Origin: Promethearchaeota archaeon
GTDB taxonomy: Archaea > Asgardarchaeota > Lokiarchaeia > Sigyniarchaeales > SOKP01
Reading direction: 5' to 3'
Length of the DNA: 64,000 bases
Assembly: GCA_048938895.1 (NCBI GenBank)
Contig: JBHLLU010000012.1
Span: 8,642-72,641, forward strand
Shown here: positions 47,497 to 56,325 of the stretch, one piece after another
Layout of the letters: each line of letters starts with the position of its first letter
Numbering within the stretch: the stretch's first letter is position 1
Made by a program: the position numbers and the translations under genes
The notes under the pieces: generated by a model
Told to the model about the DNA's origin: nothing
The model's database searches: none
The model's input: only the letters and a program-made list of their open reading frames with translations

Positions 47497-50400
47497 TTAA
47501 TTATCAAGAATACTGAATTTCTTTCTCTTTTTCTCAAATTTTTTTAATACTTTTCCTTTTTTTGCTAATAATTCTTGAATATACTCTTTCTCTCTTCGAA
47601 TTAATCTAATTCCACTACAACTTTTTTTTTTGCAATAATAATTTTCACTAGGCTCATCTTTATAATACCACTTTCCACAATTTTGACAATTATAAGCGCT
47701 GTAGATTTGATCATGTTCACATTTTGGGCAAAAAATATCGAATTTTTCCGAGAAATACCATGAATGACAATATTTACAATACAAAATTAGAGGTCTTTCT
47801 AATTCCTCTTTATGTTCTAGTAGCTCGATTCTCTGTATTACCTGATCCTTATCAATTTGTTTTAATCTTGCTTTTTCGATTCTAGAATCTCTACGTTTTT
47901 CAAACCAAATTTTTCCACTCTTTTCTGAGAAAACGAAAATAAGGCTAGAAACTATAACTACCACAATTATTAATGATATTAAGAATCCCCATTTATACCA
48001 ATCAATTATCCCATTATCAATTTCCACCATAATCAATTTTTCAGCACGATTTCCTTCTTTATCAAATACAATAACTTTAACTTCATAGATTCCATCATTA
48101 TATTTTGTTGTATCCCATTTATACTCCAAAATGCCAGAACTGCTATTAAAATTAAGTTTTTGCCTATTAACACTTTTACCTTTCAAATAAATATAAATTT
48201 TAGATGAATCTAATTCTGTATTATCTGTAATATTTGCTCTTATCCAAATTACAGAATCAACTAGTTGGTTATTTTTAGGATTCAAAATTTGAATTTCTGG
48301 GGCAATAAAGTCAGTAGATTTATCATAACCAACATATATATTGGTTAATAGCCATCCCCATCCTAAATTTGGACTAGGGGGGGCATAATCATTAGATTGC
48401 AATGTAAATTTAATCATAACAACATGATCCGAATATTTCGAAATATCTAATTTTTCACTTCCAGATAAAACTCCACTATTATCGTTAAAATACTCTTTTA
48501 CTACTGTCCAAGAATATCCAAAATCATCAGAAATTGATACTATACATTTATCACGTTGATTTTCTGGTTCATTTTGTAGAGAGATCTCATAATCAAATTC
48601 TAAATAAACTTTATATAGGCTCCCTAATAATAATGGGTGAGTAATTAATTCAGCATCCCAATCTACACCATAACCCTGTCTATTACTTCCATAGGATAAT
48701 CCAATCCCTCCGTATATATATTCCTGGTTTAATCTCATTATAGGATGCCATGTATTATCGCCTTTAAACCATGCAGTATAATCTTTGGGATACGGAGTTC
48801 CAAAAATATAATAATCTTTTAAACTATTATTTGAAAATTGACGTCCAATAAGCTTGTTAGAATAATTTAAATTAAATTGAAGAGGTTCTACGTTAATAAA
48901 TTCAAAAAGTGAATTTTCTTTATTATACCATTGAGTTTTATTTTGAAATTTACCATCAGAAAAATGAAAACGAAAAGAATGATTAGAAATTTTCCCTATG
49001 ATTAAAGATTTTTTGAAAGTTATTCCTTTATCTGTAGAAGTATTTGAATTAGCAGTCCAATCTCCAAAAGCATTAACCATCGTATAATTTTCGTTATCCA
49101 TTTCAAGATAAAGATAATTTGGATAATTGTTATCTAAATCGTAATAAAAGCAGGTAAATTTGAAGTTTTGATATTTAGAACCCTGAAATGATGAAATATC
49201 CTTAGTTAAATTAAAAATTAATAATGGGCTATTCTCATTTACATAATTACTAATTGAAAAGTAATCTAAAATAAAACCTTTATAATTAATTGAATCATAA
49301 TTATCATCTAAATCTACCTCTAATCTAAACTGCACAAAATTACCAATATATTCCGTGAGATTAATTTCTTCAAGGAACCATTCTCTTTCTTGATTTGTAT
49401 ATATTTTCAATATGATCCATCCCGTCCAATTTAAATTTATTTCCAAGAAAATATAATCTCCTGAATTTATGCTAGATCTTAAACCAAATTTGGCAAATGG
49501 TTGAGTTGTACTTTTATTTAATTTGGTCAGATTAAATAAGGGACTTATAAGTGTTCCATTTGGATAAGGATCTTCAACAGTATTTATAGGTTGATATGTA
49601 TAATTAACTGGATGATTATGAAAGATGCCAAAATATAGACTACTCCATTTGTTTTCATAAACCTGTGATCTATTATCATTATCGTTTGTTTGATTTAATA
49701 GATCCCATCCTGTACCAGAGATACTCCAATTCCCCAAACCATCATTAAAACTATGACTATAAGGAAAGGATTCACTATCTGTTGGAAATTCTATTGTAAT
49801 GTTGAAAAAATGTGTCTCAGGAAATCTTATCCAATGTTTACCATCACTGCCAACAAAGAAGAAATGGAAAGTACCAGTACTAGGAAATTGAATATAATTA
49901 CTAACATATAATTCACCATTCGTATAGTTATTATCAGCAAATTGAGGTAAAACATTATTAATATAAGCAATATCAGCTTGAATAATTGGGGCTAAAGTGT
50001 AATTCTTTGATAGCTCCATAATAGATACATAAATTTCTTGGGGGGGAACATTTGAACTATCATTATCGTAATAATCTATATAGAATCTATATTGATCAAT
50101 ACTATAATTTTTATTTGGATTATTCCCTGAGAATTGTTGAAAGCTCATAATAGTAGTGTTTTTAGAACCTCCAATATAATTAATTTCTGGTACTTTTAAT
50201 TCGGGAGTATATAAGTTTTTAACAGTAGAGACATTCAGAGAAAAAGTCCCTGTACCATTAATAGCTTTTGCTATAACAATACATTCAGTTTGGTTCTTTT
50301 TTGGAATGAAATAAAAAGTATCAAAATCTCTGTATCGTCCTTTTCTCGAAGACTGTAATAAAATTGGTTCTCCAAAACGATTAGACTTATTTGAAAATAA

Positions 50401-52353
50401 ATATAGATCAAAATCAGTTTTTTCTTGATCTTCAGTTACAGTTAGATTGAACTGATACTGTATATTTGGAGTAAGAATTATTCGACGAGCAAAGACATGA
50501 ATACCTAGTGGGTCTTCTGCAGAACTAGTTAAATATCCTTTTTCTATATTGAATCCCATATACTTTGTCAATGCATCAATAGCACCTTGTATATTTAGCT
50601 TTCCATATCCTTCATGAGAGTCTCTTAAGCCATTTATTGAAGGATTCCAAGATATGGAGGGGGAATAATCACTTTCATCGATAGTTTCTGTTAAGGGATC
50701 ATCTTCTCTTTTTAAAGTAGTTTCAGACGCAGTCATTAATAAAATAGATTTAATGATTTTCACCCATTCAGTTAAATTAAGATTGTTCCATTGGTTCCAA
50801 TTACCCCATTTTGCCTCAATTAGTAAATTAATAGCTGCTGATACGATTGCTGAAGATATTGAGGTTCCATAACTAGTTGTTACACTATTAGTTTTTGAAT
50901 CAGCAGAAATAATTGTACGTGAATTTAGTAATTTACTGCCTCCCGGTGCTACAAGATCTGGTTTGAGAACATCACCTCCTTCTAACTTTCCCATGCTGCT
51001 ATATGATGTTACTTGATCTTTATCATTAATTGCCCCTACAACTAATGCATTTTTATTTATAGCTAATCCATTTAGAGAGTTTGATCCTTTAATTCCATTA
51101 TTTCCAGCAGCAATAACAACTAAAATTCCATTTCTTATGACTTCATCGATAACTCTATTAATGGTTACTACATCTCTTCCCAATGTACCTATACTTAAAC
51201 AAGCGCTTATAATCTTATATGTTGCTCTATTTTGAATTATATTTGCTAATGCTGATATTAAATTTGATGTATATCCCATCCCAGATTGATTTAAAATTTT
51301 ATATGCTACTATTTTAGTGGCATTAGCTATTCCTGTAAAATGTGCGAAATCTGGAGTATATGATTCTGGAAAATAGGAAACAGTAGCATTAAATGAAAAA
51401 TTGGGGTTTAAATTTGAAGTATTTCTTAAATATTTAATATAAAGATCATAAATACCTGTTCCAAATTGGGCAACATTTTGATCTATATCATAATACTGAT
51501 TAGGATTAATATTGTAAGAAGAATTAACTAATGTTCTGTTATAATATAATTCAAACCAAAATTTACTAATTCCATTGTTATTTAAATCCCAAATCGAACT
51601 GATATAAATATTCGAATCTAACTTACTCGCATTAAAAGAAAATATTTTAACTGAATAATTTGTTGAGACAATTCCATTTTCAAATAAACTTAAATGAGAA
51701 TAATTTCCATGAAGATTTACTACCGTAGGATTAGTTGAATTATAAGGTTCTATGCCACTTCCAGTAATAACAGAAGAAATAAATGTACCATGACCATTAT
51801 CATCTGAAACAGGATCACTATTTACAAAATTATGCCAACCAATTATCTTTCCATTTAAGAATTCTTGGCTAGAATTTACTCCAGTATCTAATACAGCTAT
51901 TGAACCATTAGAAACGCCTTTATATCCATTTATATTCCACGACGAGTTTACAGCTTTGACTTGTACGGTTGCATAGTTCATCTGGATTTCTATTTTTTCA
52001 TCATCTTCAATTTTAGCATCAGGAAATTCCATTTTAAATAATGATCTATTTAATTCACTTTGCATTCTACCCGCAAAGCCACAAGTTGACTCAAAATCAC
52101 CATTCCATTCATTTTTAATATATCCCCCATAATATACAAATCTATCTTTTACATTACTATTGAATGAGGATTGGTTAAAAGAAACAATTATATCTTGGCT
52201 GACGCTATTTATTTGTAATTTTGTGATATTTTGAGTCGTTGATACATAGCTATCATCCTGCCAATTAATTCTATTAATCACTAATATATTAAAAAGGTTT
52301 GATATAGACAATAGTAAGAATAAAACTAATAGTTTTTTATTAAGTAATCTTAT
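47497..52353 (-). CDS. membrane-anchored multidomain S8 (subtilisin-like) serine peptidase with cytoplasmic double zinc ribbon; probable ATA start
   Basis: IAVLDTG, DDNGHGT, AAGN, KPDLVAPG, GTS; Ig-like domain, TM helix and four C-terminal Cys pairs; extension to 52353 adds a signal-peptide-like N-terminus. Confidence 0.85.
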   Translation of the reverse strand: MRLLNKKLLVLFLLLSISNLFNILVINRINWQDDSYVSTTQNITKLQINSVSQDIIVSFNQSSFNSNVKDRFVYYGGYIKNEWNGDFESTCGFAGRMQSELNRSLFKMEFPDAKIEDDEKIEIQMNYATVQVKAVNSSWNINGYKGVSNGSIAVLDTGVNSSQEFLNGKIIGWHNFVNSDPVSDDNGHGTFISSVITGSGIEPYNSTNPTVVNLHGNYSHLSLFENGIVSTNYSVKIFSFNASKLDSNIYISSIWDLNNNGISKFWFELYYNRTLVNSSYNINPNQYYDIDQNVAQFGTGIYDLYIKYLRNTSNLNPNFSFNATVSYFPESYTPDFAHFTGIANATKIVAYKILNQSGMGYTSNLISALANIIQNRATYKIISACLSIGTLGRDVVTINRVIDEVIRNGILVVIAAGNNGIKGSNSLNGLAINKNALVVGAINDKDQVTSYSSMGKLEGGDVLKPDLVAPGGSKLLNSRTIISADSKTNSVTTSYGTSISSAIVSAAINLLIEAKWGNWNQWNNLNLTEWVKIIKSILLMTASETTLKREDDPLTETIDESDYSPSISWNPSINGLRDSHEGYGKLNIQGAIDALTKYMGFNIEKGYLTSSAEDPLGIHVFARRIILTPNIQYQFNLTVTEDQEKTDFDLYLFSNKSNRFGEPILLQSSRKGRYRDFDTFYFIPKKNQTECIVIAKAINGTGTFSLNVSTVKNLYTPELKVPEINYIGGSKNTTIMSFQQFSGNNPNKNYSIDQYRFYIDYYDNDSSNVPPQEIYVSIMELSKNYTLAPIIQADIAYINNVLPQFADNNYTNGELYVSNYIQFPSTGTFHFFFVGSDGKHWIRFPETHFFNITIEFPTDSESFPYSHSFNDGLGNWSISGTGWDLLNQTNDNDNRSQVYENKWSSLYFGIFHNHPVNYTYQPINTVEDPYPNGTLISPLFNLTKLNKSTTQPFAKFGLRSSINSGDYIFLEINLNWTGWIILKIYTNQEREWFLEEINLTEYIGNFVQFRLEVDLDDNYDSINYKGFILDYFSISNYVNENSPLLIFNLTKDISSFQGSKYQNFKFTCFYYDLDNNYPNYLYLEMDNENYTMVNAFGDWTANSNTSTDKGITFKKSLIIGKISNHSFRFHFSDGKFQNKTQWYNKENSLFEFINVEPLQFNLNYSNKLIGRQFSNNSLKDYYIFGTPYPKDYTAWFKGDNTWHPIMRLNQEYIYGGIGLSYGSNRQGYGVDWDAELITHPLLLGSLYKVYLEFDYEISLQNEPENQRDKCIVSISDDFGYSWTVVKEYFNDNSGVLSGSEKLDISKYSDHVVMIKFTLQSNDYAPPSPNLGWGWLLTNIYVGYDKSTDFIAPEIQILNPKNNQLVDSVIWIRANITDNTELDSSKIYIYLKGKSVNRQKLNFNSSSGILEYKWDTTKYNDGIYEVKVIVFDKEGNRAEKLIMVEIDNGIIDWYKWGFLISLIIVVVIVSSLIFVFSEKSGKIWFEKRRDSRIEKARLKQIDKDQVIQRIELLEHKEELERPLILYCKYCHSWYFSEKFDIFCPKCEHDQIYSAYNCQNCGKWYYKDEPSENYYCKKKSCSGIRLIRREKEYIQELLAKKGKVLKKFEKKRKKFSILDN

Positions 52354-55300
52354 GATATATCACCCGATTCATCTTTTTTTTGTGTTAAATCTGACTTTGA
52401 CTCATTAAGTCTGAAATTTTCCTTTTGATATTTAGAAATTTCTTTTAATCTCTCTTTTAGAGTGTGCTTCTGTTCTAAAATTGAGTCTCTAGAACTTAAC
52501 TCGAAAATCTCTAACTCATTTCTTCGAAATATATACCTTTTTAACTTTTTTTTTTTAATCTGCCATATATAAATTCCGAAAATACCCAACGCAGATACAA
52601 TCGGAATTAAAACATACATCAATTGCCTACTTCTTGGAATTATTATTTTGACCTTAACCTCATTAGAAAATTCTTCTGATTTGAGTAAAAAATAGTAGGA
52701 AATTAATGCTGGTTTTAAATTAATTATATTTTGCCTTTTAGCTTTAATAGTATAATTAAAAGAAGCCTTTTCTCCTGGTTCTAAACATTCTATTACATTT
52801 ATTAATTTACCATCAGTTAATGTGAAATCTGAGGGAGAATAACTGACCATATCATTTACTTGAACTTCTTTTGTGGTTATGGTACCCGTATTTTCAATCT
52901 CAATGGTAACGCTAATTAAATCTCCAATTTCAACTTCATTTCTGTTTATTGACTTTTTCAAGGAGAAATTAATATTCCCTAAAACCAAAAATGATGATTT
53001 GAAAATTTGTATAGTATTGCTTTCAGAACTCTTTAAAAAGTTAATAGGAGGATAGTAGTAACCTTTCCAATCAATTTTTTTAATGGTTATATTAAAGGAA
53101 ATAGTATGATTAAATGAAAGATTATAAAAAAGTAGATTCTTTTCATCTATTCTTCTTAAATCTCCAAATTGATCTCTCATTTTTGTATTTAAATCTGGGA
53201 TCAGCAAACCAACAGGTCCAAGGTTTACGATTTCAACTGTTAGATTAAATATGCTCCCTATAGGAGGAGCAAATTGTTTAGGATTAATGATTTTATAATT
53301 AATCCCTACTGTTCTTAAAAAAGGATATCTTTTAACATAATCAATTGGAGAAGAGATACACACTTCATTCGTATTTGAATATAACTTAGAGGAATTTCCA
53401 CCTTGAATATTTTTAGGATTATCATAAATTATTGAAACCATTTTTAAAGATCTTGTATTTGGAACATAAAATGAAAAGCTAATCTGAAAACTTTCATAGG
53501 GATTAAGATTAGGAAGATAGAAACTAAGATTGTTATTATTAAGGGTAAAATTTATAGGGTCATCAATTATACCTGGTAATAAAAGTGAGATATTGATATT
53601 TTCAGCTTTATCTGAACCAATATTTGTGACATTAATTGTATATGCAACTAAATCACCCTCTTTAGCACTATAATTAGAAAGATAAGAAACAGCTAATAAT
53701 GAAGCCATACCATAGGTACTAAGAATTACTGAATTTGATGATCTAAAATAATGGACTCTCCCAGATAAAGAACTAAATGAAATTCTAGCCCCCAATGCCT
53801 CATAGGGATTAATATCTCTTACATAAAATTTAATATCAAAATCATTAATAGAAATATTGAATTTATCTGTATCTATACCACTTAATTTGAATGCGACAAT
53901 ATGATTATTTGGAGCTGTAGGATCGAACAACCATTCTAAGCTTTTATTATAACTAATAAATGAGAATGTATAAGAATTGTTTAATTGAGATGATATAAAG
54001 GGTATTGCATCTTGGAATTTTCCGATAGAGTAATTGAAGATTTCAAAGTTGAGGTTATTTGAAGGATCTGTGAAATCAATTATTAAAGATACTCTCTCCA
54101 AACGGTATTCGGTTAAGTTGATTGAAGTATCATTTTGAAAAAGAAATTGAATTTCTATTTCTTCTTGATTAAGATAACGTTCTTCTGATTCAATAATCCA
54201 ACTTCTGGAATCATTCTGCAGAGCAAATTCAGGCGTTGTACCCTTAGCGGAAATTCCAGAGATTAACGCGGGTAATTTTGGATTAGTCTCTTTAATTGTG
54301 AAATTATTAGAGTAAAAAGCTGTGAAGCTGTCAATAACACTAATAGAGAAGTTGTTATAAATATATGTGAATTTTTCATTTGGTTCCAATTTCCAATTCT
54401 CACTATTCCAAATACTATCTTTATTTTTAAAATACTCAATAAATGCATCATAAGAGATTATATCGTCTAAAAAATCATATCTCTTATACAATTCCTCAGC
54501 AACTTCATCCATCTCTTCATTATAAGGCCATAAATTAGAGATATTTGTTACATCAGGAAAGAATCTATCATAAGTTCCTATTCCTAAAGAATCCAGATAA
54601 AAAATACGAGGATCCTCATCAAAATTAAAAAAATCTTCTAATGAATCGTATTGATTGTGATACATTTCATCAACAACTTCCCAAATTGCATTTTGTATTA
54701 GATTTGCTCCTTGTTGATTACCTTGCGTGATTATTAAAAAAAAGTTATTTAGTTCAAATGGTATAGGTGTTGGAACACCCCAAATTGAAATATTTCCTAT
54801 ATTTTCTACAGTTATATTAAAATCAAAATTTTGATAAGCACCATAAGTAGCATTATTTCCAATAGGTGTTTTAGTTATTATTACATTACAATCTGAATTA
54901 GATGTGTTATATTGAACTGATAGATTTTCAATTGGATTTAAAATTCCTGTTGGAATAAAAGGAAAACCTTGAAAACCTAATTGTTGTAGATAATTAATAA
55001 TATTATATTGATTGTTTAGATTTACTGGTTTAATATAACTTTGTTTTATTCCCTCCTTATTCTGCCAAAATAATTCAAAAGAGTATTCTTTAATAGTTTC
55101 CATGTCAAAATCAATTCCTGCTAAAAATAGAATCAACCCGATTTGTTCAAGAAGAAAATCATTAAATTGAAAATAATTAGGAGTCACATCGATAATATCT
55201 GTGCATAATATATTTATTTCAATATCGCTCATGAACGCACCAATTAAAGCTATATATATTTTTTGGCTTGGTGCTAATGGAGCCCCAACATATCCCATTG

Positions 55301-56312
55301 CATTCCATAAATTAAATTCATATTGATTGGAAGCGACACTTTTTATACCATCTTTTAAACCCTCATATTGGATCATTAAACTAGTGTAATGAGATTTATT
55401 GGATAATGTAAAAGAGCTAATTATCTTAACAAATTGATCCAATTCTACTTCCGAAATGGTTTCATTAAGTATATCTCCATAAATTTCTTCAAAGTTATCA
55501 ATTTGTTGAGTTACATTTTCAGTTTGCAAATTCTCTAAAAATGATAGATCAAGAGATTCAAGATTGAAATTGACTTGATCTGTAGAAATGTTAAAATCAC
55601 ACTCTAGAAAATCTAAAGAATTAATAAACATTATTGTAGAGGAAATATGATAATTCTGGATATATTCATCATTAGTAAGACGATTTTGATCCAAAGCTTT
55701 CCAATATCCATCCATTGGAAGATTTGTAGTAATTTCTTTAAAGTAAACTTCCCAATTAGGATAATGGCCTATAAATGGAAAGAAGTTTGGTTCTGTTACA
55801 TTCAATAAAATTAAATCAATTTGAAATTTTCTTTTAATAATCTCAAGTGCTCTCTCAGCCTTTATTTTCGCATCATCTGAACTCATTTCTTTATCATAAT
55901 AAAGAAAACCTGAAAAAGCATTGAAGCTGAATGAAAAATGATTAGTTATTTCACTTTCAGTTAGAATTCTCGGAAAAATTTCCGGAGGAATAGCATTGGA
56001 TGCACTTATAAGTATATTACATTTATAAAATGCTGGATCATTTGTATCAAATTGAGAAAGAATAGAAGTATCATTTGTAAAGAGAGATTGCTTTATAATT
56101 GACTTATTTCCTGCAACATAAGCTTGAATCTGTTCTGCATAAAGATCTGTGCCAGCAATGTCAGCTAATCCCAGTGAACTATCTTTTTCTATAATTTCTT
56201 CTTTAAACATAAAATTATTGTTTCTTAGATTTTTATATAATTTGAGATACAAAGGACCAACTAGAGATATTATAATAAGTATAATTGTGATGTATTTTTT
56301 TGTCCTATTCAT
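52350..56312 (-). CDS. large membrane-anchored cell-surface protein with DUF11/CARDB-like Ig domains
   Basis: N-terminal signal/TM, repeated (I/V)xNxG beta modules (GDLVAYTINVTNIG, GDLISVTIEIENTG), C-terminal TM and basic tail, many N-x-S/T sequons. Confidence 0.7.
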   Translation of the reverse strand: MNRTKKYITIILIIISLVGPLYLKLYKNLRNNNFMFKEEIIEKDSSLGLADIAGTDLYAEQIQAYVAGNKSIIKQSLFTNDTSILSQFDTNDPAFYKCNILISASNAIPPEIFPRILTESEITNHFSFSFNAFSGFLYYDKEMSSDDAKIKAERALEIIKRKFQIDLILLNVTEPNFFPFIGHYPNWEVYFKEITTNLPMDGYWKALDQNRLTNDEYIQNYHISSTIMFINSLDFLECDFNISTDQVNFNLESLDLSFLENLQTENVTQQIDNFEEIYGDILNETISEVELDQFVKIISSFTLSNKSHYTSLMIQYEGLKDGIKSVASNQYEFNLWNAMGYVGAPLAPSQKIYIALIGAFMSDIEINILCTDIIDVTPNYFQFNDFLLEQIGLILFLAGIDFDMETIKEYSFELFWQNKEGIKQSYIKPVNLNNQYNIINYLQQLGFQGFPFIPTGILNPIENLSVQYNTSNSDCNVIITKTPIGNNATYGAYQNFDFNITVENIGNISIWGVPTPIPFELNNFFLIITQGNQQGANLIQNAIWEVVDEMYHNQYDSLEDFFNFDEDPRIFYLDSLGIGTYDRFFPDVTNISNLWPYNEEMDEVAEELYKRYDFLDDIISYDAFIEYFKNKDSIWNSENWKLEPNEKFTYIYNNFSISVIDSFTAFYSNNFTIKETNPKLPALISGISAKGTTPEFALQNDSRSWIIESEERYLNQEEIEIQFLFQNDTSINLTEYRLERVSLIIDFTDPSNNLNFEIFNYSIGKFQDAIPFISSQLNNSYTFSFISYNKSLEWLFDPTAPNNHIVAFKLSGIDTDKFNISINDFDIKFYVRDINPYEALGARISFSSLSGRVHYFRSSNSVILSTYGMASLLAVSYLSNYSAKEGDLVAYTINVTNIGSDKAENINISLLLPGIIDDPINFTLNNNNLSFYLPNLNPYESFQISFSFYVPNTRSLKMVSIIYDNPKNIQGGNSSKLYSNTNEVCISSPIDYVKRYPFLRTVGINYKIINPKQFAPPIGSIFNLTVEIVNLGPVGLLIPDLNTKMRDQFGDLRRIDEKNLLFYNLSFNHTISFNITIKKIDWKGYYYPPINFLKSSESNTIQIFKSSFLVLGNINFSLKKSINRNEVEIGDLISVTIEIENTGTITTKEVQVNDMVSYSPSDFTLTDGKLINVIECLEPGEKASFNYTIKAKRQNIINLKPALISYYFLLKSEEFSNEVKVKIIIPRSRQLMYVLIPIVSALGIFGIYIWQIKKKKLKRYIFRRNELEIFELSSRDSILEQKHTLKERLKEISKYQKENFRLNESKSDLTQKKDESGDIS

Positions 56313-56325
56313 TGTTTACTTTTCC

